A DNA stretch of 64,000 nucleotides, from NCBI GenBank assembly GCA_012295275.1, contig CM022676.1, forward strand, positions 13,144,001 to 13,208,000. The letters run 5' to 3'. This stretch comes from Chrysomallon squamiferum (Eukaryota; Animalia; Mollusca). Below are positions 23,920 to 36,878 of this stretch, piece by piece. Position numbers and translations under genes: made by a program. Under the pieces are notes generated by a model. The model did no database searches and had not been told where the DNA came from. It saw only the letters and a program-made list of their open reading frames with translations. How positions within the stretch are numbered: position 1 is the first letter of the stretch; each line of letters opens with the position of its first letter.

Positions 23920-25863
23920 TGAAATTATCAATTTCTCGTTCCAGTCATAGGCCCTAGTGTGGTTTATTAAATGATGTGGTAAGTTGATCCTGTCTGTGAA
24001 AACCGTGTTGTTGTTAATCAAATAACTTATTTTAGTCGTTCCACATTTCCTATGTCAGTCTGAAACTTAACAGCACAAGATGACTGACAGAAACTGGTAA
24101 AATAAAACATTTCACATTTTTAACTTGTGAACTGTCGTCTTCTGCTTTATCAGCCGAGACTACAATAATATTACTACTATCATCACTACTCTATAGAAAT
24201 AAATAAATAAATAAATAAACAAACAAAGAACAAGTACATAAGCAAATAAACAAATGAAGAATGAAAGAAAGAAAGAAAAAAATAAGGAAAGAAAATGAAA
24301 AATGAAATGAGTAAAATATTATAATAATATTATAAATATAAGAGAAAAATATAATAATAAACAAATAAACAAAAAACAAACAAATAAGTGCATAAGCAAG
24401 TAAATAAATGAAGAAAGAAAGAAAGACAAATAAAAAAGAAAAATAAGGAAAGAAAAAAGTAAAAAGAGTAAAATATTTGTTCCTCTCTTTCTCAACTGAT
24501 TTCGTGTTTCAGCCGCTTGGAAAAAACGGAAAACAATAGTAATTATAATTTTTGTTGTTGTTCCAAACTGATATGTCATTCTTTTTTATATTATCTTTTG
24601 TTTTAATTGTCTGAAATAATTTTATACCAAGATCCTGGTATGTTCGTATCATGAATGCATTGATTTTTTTTTTTTTTTTTTTTTTTTACTACTACCATAT
24701 CATTCGAAATGCGTTCTGTTCGATACAGGGAAGTTCTTTTATTTCTTTGTTATCGAAGGAATACAAAAACACATAAATATATCTTTATGTCATATGCAAC
24801 AATTCTGTTAAGTCATGTAGTTTTGTCATTAATGGATTACACTCTATACTCAATTGACAAAAGTTTTTATTCATACTGAATTGCTTTATTTGAAGTAATT
24901 CTCATACAAAATACAGCAAATACTGAATGATGGGCGTTTTCTCTTATTCTATTGAACTGTAACGTGCAGCTCTTCTGCTAACATTTTCAAAAGCCTTCAA
25001 TTTGCAATTATACTCATGTCACAGTAAACTCATGGGAACATACTTTAATAGTGGTGGGTAACACAGCTGGGGGAGTTGCTGTATGTTCCATATAATCTCC
25101 ACTAGCCTCCTAACATAATTTCCAGTTATAATTTTATTTCAGTAATTACTTTAGTTAACCTTTTGTATGCACAACTGCATATGATTTTTCAGTCTGTTAA
25201 AATAATAAGAATTAGTCTTTCTATCTGTCTATCCATCTATCCTAAATACATATGAAGAAACTGACGCACATAAACAAACACTCATACATATACAAATCCA
25301 TGGATACACATTTTTAGATGTATATTTACATAGATATACGTACACATGTAATGTAATGAAGAAATGTAAATTAATTTCTATATTTGACTTATAGCTTCAA
25401 ACTTTGAATATTATTGTTTTGTGTAATATTTTCATTCTTTTTAGATTTGCTTTAAGTTCTAAAAGTGAATAATGTGTTACAGAAATGTGTAAGAAACTCT
25501 AATTCAGTTCAGATATTCTATATTTATGTAATGTTCTATGAATTTGTGAAGGAAAAATAGCACATAATACAAATGCTGATGAACTTCTAACAATCTTAGA
25601 TGACTAATATTATGTAACTGTTAAAACAAATATAAACTGAGTATTGACAATATTAAAATGTGTAAATATGTGTGCATAATAATTTAGTTAGGAAAGGTGT
25701 ATGTATTTTTAAAATAATTAACTACACATAAATACTGTGTAATGTAAAATAGATGTGTAATCTATCACAGATGAGTAGCAATGCACATGCATGCATGTAA
25801 GCCATACATATGCACATATTTAGACACATATAAACACATGCAAACAATCACTGACATTCAAAC

Positions 25864-25938
<75 letters not shown>

Positions 25939-27091
25939 TGAGAATCAAGTAGCTTTAACCTTACACTGACAATGTAAACAAAAAGCGAATTTTTTTTAAT
26001 TAATAGAAACAAGGAAAATAAAGTAGTCTGAGATGCATTTGATTCACTGTTATAACTGGAGTGATATGATGGTTAAAAATACTCTAGTCTAGCTGACTGT
26101 ATTGTACGTTTTTTATATCTATTCCTTCTATCTATTTTGCTATAGATGTCTAAAGGTTATCATAACAAGCCAACTTAATTGTTGTTATATACAGTTTGAA
26201 GTTAGTAATGTTAACACATATTGTAAATTACAATTTTAATATTTAATCTAATCACTGAAAATCTGATACATATCTATAATTATTATTATTATTATTGTTA
26301 TTTTCATTTTTTTATTAACAGGAATAAAGTCTGGAGTAAAATGCATAATATACTAAAAACAGGCGATGCTGAGTCAGTTAAGATAATTATTACATCTATT
26401 TATTTCACTATGTTTTAGTATCATTATCAAAACTTAACTGAAGATTAATTTTAATTATATTCACCATTATCATTCTATTTAATGTGATCCTTCTAATTAC
26501 ATGATTTCTATTTTGCCTCTGTTTTCTGTGAAACGCAAGACTGAATAAAATATTGTCACAGAAAAAATTCTAAATACAATCTATTACTTAAATAATTACA
26601 AGCTTGTTAAAGGAAGGAGTTGAGTACACACATGTATATATGTATACAAACACTTACTGACTGACTGTGTTGTTTCTGCTGTTGTAAATTCTATTACAAT
26701 ACATTAAAATAATTAAAAAGGTATAAGAAAGAAAGCTAACATTAAAAATAAATACATAAATCTAAGAATGATATATCAAAATAATTTTGAGTAAATTTCC
26801 TAAAAGTAGAAAAAAATAAAATAAAAAGTAAAAAGTCTGGGCTTCATGTTTTGATTAAATTGGTATTAATGTATAAGTTTAATGTAATAACACATTTTTT
26901 TTTTTTTTTTTAGGAGTAAAGGAAGGGATGACATATAACAGTAAGTAAGACTCCATCGAAGTGACATACTGGGGTTTGAAGTTACTCACAACTTTAGTTA
27001 ATATATTGTTAATCTGTTATAGAAGTTCTTAATTCAAACATAATCAAGACCGTTAAAAAGGTTTTACTTTGTATAAAACCCCAGCAGATTT

Positions 27092-27157
<66 letters not shown>

Positions 27158-27446
27158 TGCATTAAGCTATACATTTATCTATGGTAATAAGCCTAATAAT
27201 TTGGAATACTCAATCTGTAAGAAAAACTATCAATATAATACAGACATTTTTTAAAAACTTCTGTTTTGTTATATCAGAGATAAAAGACAGAAATAAAGTG
27301 TTCCTTGCTTAGTTAAGCAGAATCCATAAACAATCTAGAATTTAATTAAAATAACCTATCAGGTTGTGTAGTAGCTAAGTGTATTGATCTGAATCATTCA
27401 AAATGTTTGGAATTAAAATCAATTAAATTTGAAATTCCTTAATTTG

Positions 27447-28093
27447 TTATTTATTTTTCACATTAATGACGGTAACATATATCTGTGAATGCTGTTCAAT
27501 GTGATAATCAACATCTTTGTGATTCTGTCTGGCAGGATGTTGGGTGATTGTTGTACTGCCACTTTTATCATCACCTTCATTCAGTGAATCAGTGACTGAC
27601 TGTTGACAATCTTCAGATCTTGTGTGTTCTTTACAGACATCTTTACTAACAGGTTGACTTCCAGGTTGTATAGTGATTTCATTACGTGAGTAATCTTCAG
27701 ACCTTTCATCCTCTTCATCATTACCTTGATAACTGGGTGAAGATTCATTAGCAATCCTAACTTTGACAGACTGTGAACTTTCTACATCTTTATTGTGACG
27801 TATTTTGAAAATGTTCTCATGGATGTTAGAATTTTCTTCTGCTTTGCTAACAGTAAAAGCTGTTGTTTCAGTTTGAATCTTTTCAATGTTCCTTTCACTG
27901 CCCAGTTCAACATTTTCAGTTTTGTTTGTTTCCTTTGTGTTTTGGTTTCTTAGTGATATCAAACAATATGTTACGATTATAGAAAGACCTGTGACACTTA
28001 TAATAATGAGGATAGTACAAACTAAATTACAGGAAGAACCTGATCCCAAGTTTGGAGTTGTTGTAGGAACATTTGTTGAACTTCTTTCTTCTG
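27447..28093 (-). CDS. Gene 3 terminal exon: short S/T stalk, Cys-rich TM and ~170-aa acidic/polar tail
   Basis: tttttag acceptor, EERSSTNVPTTTPNLGSGSSCNLVCTILIIISVTGLSIIVTYCLISLRNQ...; open to stop; paralogue at 62709-63349. Confidence 0.8.
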
Positions 28094-28454
28094 CTAAAAA
28101 GGAAATATACCATTCACTGATTCATCCATAACTTATAGTATCTGAAATTTTAATTTGTTTATTTGTGTTTTTCAGGATCATATATGTTTTAAAGTATTAA
28201 CAGAAAGTTGTAAAATAGGAACATGATAACATTAAAAATAATTTATACGTAGGAATTTGGATTATTGTCATATTAAACAATCTGTAGGTTATTTGATATA
28301 ACACTACAAAATCACTCATATGAATTATTCAAAAAAATTCATGTCAATGAATAATATAAGCAGAATGTCCATGACAGTAATAATTAATTTTTTTGTTTTA
28401 AAAGTGCAATATACAGCTTTAAAAATTGCATAATTATATTTAATGTTTAATTAA

Positions 28455-28496
<42 letters not shown>

Positions 28497-28771
28497 AATT
28501 CTTCATTAAATGACTCTTGTAAATAGAAAATGTATTTTGTTTCAGTTTCAGTATTTTTCTAGATGGCTGAACATTTGTGTCTTTAAATGGGTTGAACTTC
28601 CTTCTCATGCAATTTCCAGTCCAGTATAAAAATTATATTACACTCATGCAGACACATACAAGTAGTCTCAAGAAACATCTAATTTTTGTGTCATTATTTG
28701 AACCAGGCAACAAAATGATATTAATAACAACTTGTAGTAGATAATTGTGAATTAATATGAATGAAACCAAC

Positions 28772-29070
28772 CTTGGTTATCAAGGGTTGCTAGATGACAC
28801 GTGATAATCACCATTAGTAGCTGAACAAACCAAACTTTTCCCATTATCTTCTGTATTAAATTTTTCATTTAAACTGCTTCTTGTTACAATACCAGAGTCA
28901 ACAATTGTCTCAGTGGAGCTGGTAATGCCGTCTGTTATCTTTGAACCATTTAAAGTCCATGTGATTACAGCTTCTGGATGGGAAGGGTTGGTTGAACAGG
29001 TCAGTTGTGTAAGAATTGCTGGCTTTACTGGAGTTGATCCTGTTGTTACAGAAACTGTTTTGCAAAGGAA
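28772..29070 (-). pseudogene. Gene 3 CD80-like C2 Ig exon, frameshifted
   Basis: TQLTCSTNPSHPEAVITWTLNG...TRSSLNEKFNTEDNGKSLVCSATNG; 299 nt, out of phase at both ends; this frame is not in the ORF track. Confidence 0.75.
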
Positions 29071-30831
29071 CTTGAAAATGAAAATAAAACAATAAATACA
29101 TAAATCCTGTGAATTAATAATTAATATTTTTTTAAATTATAAAACATTTACTTCCAAATGGAAGAAAACAAGGATTTTAAAATTTTCTTCCTTTTTTTTC
29201 ATTATTTTTGTAAATTTTATTTCTTTATTTTATTATATTTATTAGTAATATGGAAAGCACTGTTAACCTTAATATTTGTAATAGAGCAGGTGATGAAGTG
29301 ACACATGGGTAAAATATTTATTTTCAGATTTTGAGTTTCACAAAATATTTAGACAGTGTCTATTGCTCTAACATTTCATTTACTGTGTGAAAATCTTTCA
29401 CCATTATATGTTGATATCCATGTACCATTAACAAAGAAAATTCAAAATCTACATAGTGGTTCAAAACCTTTAAAATAGAAGATAGATATTTATAACGCAC
29501 TGTCCTTGAAGGCCTATTGAAGAATATTGTGGATGTTTTAAAATACTGGTCAGATTTGGATATTTACAAAAATGTTGTTGTACAACTAATCTATCATGTG
29601 ACTACCTAATTAAACTTAATGAAAAGAATCTTGAGAAGAAACTGATAGATGACATCGAAACAAGCAATGAAAGTACATTTTAAATTTTAAACGGAAAAGT
29701 ACTATTCATGTTTATATCTTGTTTGCAAATGAAAAGCTAATAAAACTGCAATCCCAGTCTATTTTCTAGAAAAAAAAAAGTTAAAAAAAAAACCAAACAA
29801 AAAAAAACTTGCTGTTGCGAGAGAAACTTTAAAAAAGGAAGCTAGAGCTTACTTACGAAGAGTAATGTTATGAACATTTGACCTCCAATGCTAAAAGTAA
29901 TCACAAATTTGGATTTGGTAAGGAATTACCTTTCTATCAACTATAACAGACTGCTGTTTATTGAGATATATATCGGTCTGAAGACTGGTGGTTTAATAAC
30001 ATAGATACAAAATGAAGTAATGTTAAAAAATAAATATCAGAGTTTACTGAAATGTTTGTCGATTTTGTAAAAGATACTTCATTATTCTATATTATCTATA
30101 AGACGACATATAATTTCATCCTCGTTTCAAGAACTTATATAATGTATACTTCTATCTTATCTGCTGAAAATAATAACGGAACCGATATTTTCACACAAGA
30201 TCTGTACCAGTGAGATATTTAAATTTCACATTCACTGTAATAAAATACTTTCATTGTAAGATGACTGTCTTATTTCAGTTTCATTGATTACTTTACTATT
30301 TCCATTTACTTCACGCTTCAAATTGGAAAGCGGGTTTTGATCCCCCAAAAACTCGTGTAATTAAGAAAGTATTATTTTTAGCCCTTTTGTCTCTCTATTC
30401 ACCGTCTAACATGCATGAGTTTAGTAAATGTCTTAGGTTAAATATACACAATTAATCGATAAAAAAATACCATCGTTAATAATTAATATTTTGATAGAAA
30501 AATACATGAATTAGATATAAAATAAGCAATTACTTACCGATTCTCAAGTGAGTGACATTAACACGTCACTAAGTAAACAGGTACAGAGTATTTGTTACAT
30601 TCAAGTATGTTGTAAGTGTCGTACACGCTTTGCTGAGTGAAGCCAATGGTATAGCGTACAATACAAAATATACACACGTTTTATAAATAGCGAAATTTCA
30701 ATAACTGACTAACAAATTAAAAATTACTCTACAGTAGAATGACAGCGATATAGAAATGAAACACAATAACTTAACCTAGATAGATACCGCTCATGTACCT
30801 GCAAGAAACAAGTTTACTCAGAACATTCACA

Positions 30832-30886
30832 ATGGCGATAGTAGGATACTTACTTGTTTCTATGTCGATTGTAGGATATTGTTTAG
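30832..30886 (+). CDS. Gene 2 leader exon MAIVGYLLVSMSIVGYCL
   Basis: ATG, hydrophobic core, consensus phase-1 donor G|GTAAGT, in frame with 32589. Confidence 0.75.
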
Positions 30887-31149
30887 GTAAGTTTTATTGT
30901 TATTATTTAATTCATACATTAAAACACACATGTTAGATATTACCGATATAAAGCATGTACTGAAAACTTATTCAGTCTGTGACCCGGTTACAGCTAGTTT
31001 GGTGTTGAAATTTAACTTGAAGTTTTATCACTGTATGTTACATAAACTACACGACGTCTTTGTGAGAAGTGAATGACTCGTTCTGTGAAGACCCAGTTTC
31101 ATCTTAGATGTAAGCAATGTTATACATATCACAGTTTGCGACGTATATT

Positions 31150-31190
<41 letters not shown>

Positions 31191-31198
31191 CAACAACA

Positions 31199-31231
<33 letters not shown>

Positions 31232-32341
31232 ACAACAATAAAATAAAAATAAGAATACTAAGAATTATATAATAAATAAATAAATAAATAATAGTTTTAA
31301 AGAGATGCTAATTATCATATTCTGTTGAAAATAGACAAAGTTAAGATTTTGTTTTTTTACGATGTTGTGAAGTGCAGTGTTCTACAGTGATAGTAAAATG
31401 TAGAGTGACAGCTAGTATAGTGTTATAATGTTACAGCGCATTGACACACTCTGATTATGAAAAGTCTTGTATGTGATGTAAATGTTTTAAATGTATACTC
31501 TGTTATTAACAGAGTACTTCCTTCTATTAATGTTGAATATCAGTTAAGTTGCATAATCGTAGCTGTTTGAAATGTCCATTTCATTATCTTCTTCCTAAAG
31601 GTAAATCTTTCTTATGTTTATATATTTATATACAATTATTTACCTAGATTCTTAATTATTATATTCTAATCGTATACTAGCAATTGATTACTTGCAGTAT
31701 TTAGACATGACATTTAAAAAATATTTTAATTAATATAAAATAGAACAGTTCCGACAAACAAATAAATAAATAAATAAATAAATAATAAAAATAAAAATAA
31801 CAATAATAATAATAATGTTATTATACAAAGTCAGATAAGGACGAAGAAACGGAGGAGTAGGAGTACAACTAGCAGTAGTAATACTGTGTTGTTGTTGTTG
31901 CTGTGTCTCCAGAAAGAATTTACACAAATATCATTTAACACTTGCTATCACAATATTCCTTCTTTGCTACCGCTGTCTTTATTACACCTCTTCATACTAT
32001 ATTACTTCTACTCGTACTACTATTACTATACTTCCATTCATATTACTACAACTACATCTACTGCTAGTTCTGTTCATACTAATCCTGTTGTTACTACTGT
32101 TACTACAGCTACTTATGTGAATTATATATATATATATCCATACTACTTATACTACTACTTTTACTCAAAGTACCACTACTATTACAACAAGTATTACTCA
32201 TTGTAATAAAGCTACTATTTCTAGAAATGCTACTACAACTACTACTACTGCTATTATGAATAATAAAAATAATTTATCTTATGTGATGAACTAGAATATT
32301 ATAACTTTAACTATCCCATTGTTTTCATTTATTTGGTTCAG

Positions 32342-32537
32342 TTTATCTCTTCACATCAATGGAGTTGTAGGAGAGAGATACACGTTGTTTTGTTCTGTGA
32401 CACCTGTTGATAATAATTCGTTTTCTCTCAGTTTCCAAAGATCGATAAAAGATACGTTTTATACAATGTGTGCAGTTAATATAAAGTGTGCCGAGGAATT
32501 TCCTGATTTTGCACATATTTGTGCAATGATTGGATGA
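32342..32537 (+). pseudogene. Truncated tandem duplicate of the gene 2 V exon
   Basis: YTLFCSVTPVDNNSFSLSFQRSIKDTFYTMCAVNIKCAE parallels the next exon; phase-shifted acceptor; early stop. Confidence 0.8.
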
Positions 32538-32588
32538 AATGTAATTGTCTGACGCAACGTATATCAACCGTTACGTTTTATTTTTCAG

Positions 32589-32906
32589 GTTTGTCTATAC
32601 AGATAAATGGATCATCATCTTATGGTTTTGTAAGACAGAAACACACGTTGTTTTGTTCCCTGACACCTGCTGATAATATTTCTTTTCCTATCAGTTTCCA
32701 AAGATGGATAAAAGATAAGTGGTATTCAGTTTGTGCAGTTAATACAAAGTGTGCAGAGGTATTTTCTATCAGTGGTTACAACTGTGGATGTATCAGTAGC
32801 AGTGGACAAACTCGAGTTTACAACTTGACAATTCAAAGTCTGAACTTTGCAGACCAAACAAATTGGCAATGTCAACATGACAACAATTATAGTCTAAGTG
32901 TTTACT
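32589..32906 (+). CDS. Gene 2 V-like Ig exon with extra cysteines
   Basis: HTLFCSL...VCAVNTKC...GYNCGC...YNLTIQSLNFADQTNWQC; 318 nt; resembles gene 1 exon 5. Confidence 0.82.
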
Positions 32907-34125
32907 GTAAGTATTTCTGATAAAATTAGTAAACATTCTTTTATTTTGCTTTGTGATATCAAAATAATTCAGTTATTAGCATTTACAGAGATCAGATGAT
33001 AAAACTATTTTAAAATTTTAAATTTTAAAATTATGTTTGTAAATTGATGGTAACTATTCATTCAAATAAAACTTACAATATCTGAACATGTGTATAACTA
33101 CTAAGAAAGATACATCTAATGGAAAAAAGAAATTTTAAAATAAAATTTTAAAAATGAAAATGTGAATCTAGTTATTAAAGACAACATTCAAAATTTAGTT
33201 GCTTTCGAAAATGTGGATAACAAAATAATGCAAAGTGCTTTAGAAATTGGAAAACAAGCCACGATGTGATATTGAACAGAATAGGCCAAAGGCATTTGGT
33301 TTAGAATACTTTCATATGTGTAGTTTCATAATATGTATGAATTGTTGATGATTTCAACAATCCAAACTACTTAACCTTCTGGAGTATTGATGATAATGTT
33401 TTGCTTTGCGCAATAAAATCGCAATAAAATCTTGCTTTATTTAATGAAATTTCCTTAACCATATATAGTCAGAAGCACATGTTTCAGCTAAAATCTATTA
33501 ACTTAAAGTTACAAGTATTAACTGTACCACCTCAAACATTTAGGAAATATCACAGTTTGAATTTTTGATCAAACATGTCTTGAAAATTAAATAAGGATTA
33601 GCTGTTTGTAACAATTTTCTGTATTAACAAGTGTTTGTAACCTTGATTTTTTCGACTTGACCCTGAATATGACTTTTAAAATATCCATAGGTTAAAACAA
33701 TAAATCTTTCAAAATAGAAGTCATAAATATATTTTATTAGTAGTACATACCTCTGTGTCTAGCATTCCCCGAACCCCACAAATAAAATATTTGTATTATT
33801 ATTAATCTTTTTTTTATAACTACTGATCCAGCATTATGTGTAATGCTTATTTACATTACAAGAATTAAAACGAAAATATGTGAAATAAAAGAAGGGAAAA
33901 AAAGTACATTTTTTATTGTGGTAATCACATGTTTGTGTCCATCATTCAACAGACCTCGCCAAGGACAATAATTACAAAACTTTTACAATAATTACATCTA
34001 ATTCCAGGTATAACTATATTCCTCTGCTTTTAATATAAAAAGAAAAGAAAAATAACAACAAAACAGACAAAAAAAAAAAAAAAAAAAAGCAATTACCTCA
34101 ACTAATCAGGGAATATTTTAAATAG

Positions 34126-34413
34126 ACCCTCCAAGCAGACCAACACTTTCATCAGATCCTGAACAGCCATGGCTAGAAAACAGAGGAGGCTCTTTGATTT
34201 GTTCTGTACCTGACAGTGGTAAAGGAAATCCAGCAGCTCAGTTTTACTGGATTAGAAATGGATCTGATGTACAACACACAGGATTTAAATTGTCACTGAC
34301 ACCCACAAAGAAAGACAATGGAGTCTGGTACAAATGTTCAGCTGGGAATCTCTTCACAGACAGAAATGGACAACACAGACCTGAATCTAATTCTCTTCAT
34401 ACGAATGTATATT
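34126..34413 (+). CDS. Gene 2 Ig exon (paralogue of gene 1 exon 10)
   Basis: PPSRPTL...PWLENRGGSLICSV...GNPAAQFYW...DNGVWYKCSAGN; 288 nt, phase 1-1. Confidence 0.82.
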
Positions 34414-36826
34414 GTATGTTGTTTAAATGTTTTGTATGTTGTAATATCAATACTGGTAAATTACAGACAGATATTCTCAATACTGTTTTTTCCTGGTTTT
34501 AGTTAGTTTGTGCATAGGAAAAGGTACTTGCAGGTCTTTTGTGGACACTTTTCTCTTACACATACTCATTTTATTTATTATTTGATGCTCATCTGACAGC
34601 ATTATTCATTATCCTTCTTTTCCTACCTATCTTCAGAAAAAATCATGAAATGAACCTTTATAGAACTTAAAATGGGTACAAAAGGTATGTAAGAAATGTA
34701 CATGCAATAAAAAACCAAGAAGAAATATGGATGTGAATTTTATAAAAAAGAAACAAGGAAATTACATTTATTATCCAAAATGTACATCATATGTTTTGCA
34801 ACTATTGAGAAGTTCTGATTCATTCCTCGATACTCGAGAAGTATGACTTTAAAAAACACAAAACATCTAGTGTCTTGGGCGACAACCAAGAAGCAGGAGC
34901 CTATCCCTTATCACCAGTCACCAAAATGACTTAGGATGGCATACATATCAGCAATCAAACAGACGAGCATAGAACTCACATCTGAAGGCACACTAGCAAC
35001 TAACACAACCTTATGTTAACAACTAACATATCTATCAATATAACTCGTCAAAATTTAGAAAACTGGTATTGGTGCTTCGGTAATGGTATTACCCATCAGT
35101 TACTAAAACCGATATTTACAGATATTTAAATACCGGTTTTCAAACCCTAAATGTGAGCCATTCATTATCAAGAAACCCACTATTTTCCTCAGTTAACCAT
35201 AAAACTAGTCCATCAACAGTCACATCACAATCCATTATTCCTTGTGTTCAAAATGCATGAACCTTGGTGACTTGATGTCACCAGACAGACAGATATAGCA
35301 ATTATGCCAGTGAAACATGGTTTGTGTAATAGGACAACAAACATCATTAAATCACCCAATTAGCTGTAGACAACACAGAGAAAAACAAATACAAATGAGT
35401 AGTCATTTCTTTTTCTTGACCATTAAGAAATCAATGTTTGTAAGCTCTTCAGTTTTGTTGGAACAGGCTTCAACAGCTGATTAATAAGGTAAGGCCAAAC
35501 TGACCTCCAGACTACATTAACTTGGACTACAGTTGTATATTGTCAATAGCAATATACCTGGTTGCAGAAATTAACCACCAGGATCCCATAATCCACTTCA
35601 TGGATTGTAACTCATGGCAAACATGGTAACTCATGTACACGATGATCCAGTTACCATAATTACCAATTTTGAGAAAACTCAGTCAGCAAGGTTTCCCCCA
35701 CTGGGTAATGCGACATGGAATTACTCAAATGTAGACGAGGGTTGTGCATCCACATTAAGAAATATACAGTCAACATTTCAGTAACATATAAAAAAGAAAC
35801 TGTGGAGATGCTATGCTTTAAATAAGTCAGCAATTTGCACACTTGACGCAATACTTAACATGCATTTTAAACATTGTTAAATGCATGACAATACAATCCT
35901 GTTTATGCAACCTTTGTGACCAGCTTCCTGATCATGACAGCACTGGACTTGTGAACATTATATCTTTTATGTTCAGTGTTTTATCATTACTCATAATTAT
36001 ATTCACAAACAAATGAGACAAATCAAGCTTTTCATTGTGCCAGAGAATGACAGTGAATGTTTCACATAATGATTCTAAACAGAAATAACAGGCCTTCATT
36101 AAAATATCATTTCTTTGCAGTAAATATTGGTTTGCATAATATATATATTTTTTAATTATCAATTGTTTTTAAATTTGCAGTAAACACCATCTCTTTGAAT
36201 TTATTAAATACTAAAGGAATGTCATAAAAATCATTAGATTAATTGACTCACAATATTACTATTGATGTCTTATGATAACACCATTTAAATACATTTTTGT
36301 TTGCTAAAACATATATCACTCTTTAAGTGTGTATATATATATATATATCTGACAGTCGGTGTGAAAATGGCTAAAAATTATAGATTTCACACAGATCAAG
36401 GTGTAGGTTGTGGCAGACTAAACTCCACATAATGCAGGCTTTGTTACTTGTATTATATGAAATGTTTTGCTAATGACAATAACTAAGGTATGTAGAATGT
36501 CATTTATCTTGCATTATTTTTATACTGTTGATTTTTTTCTTTGTTTTTAATTATTTATTTATTATTAATATTTTATGTTCTTGTTCTTTTATGGGTTTAT
36601 TCTTTTCACAGATCTTTATTTATTTATACATTTTGTAGATATACATATATCTAACCTTCTGCCTTCCACGCGTGTGAAAGAAGAAACAATGCTATGGAAA
36701 TCCAATGACACCAGACAATTTTTCTATTCATTTCCAGTATTTCCAAGTGCTGATCCTGAAAAACATAAATTACTGTGTCAATTATTTTAATGTCAGTTGT
36801 TGTTGCTTTAGTTGATGTTTTATTAT

Positions 36827-36878
<52 letters not shown>

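Noticed and set aside
27447-27520. SQIYVTV or VDYHIE as an ITIM in the gene 3 tail
   Set aside because: Neither fits (I/V/L/S)xYxx(I/V/L), and both Tyr are His in the paralogue
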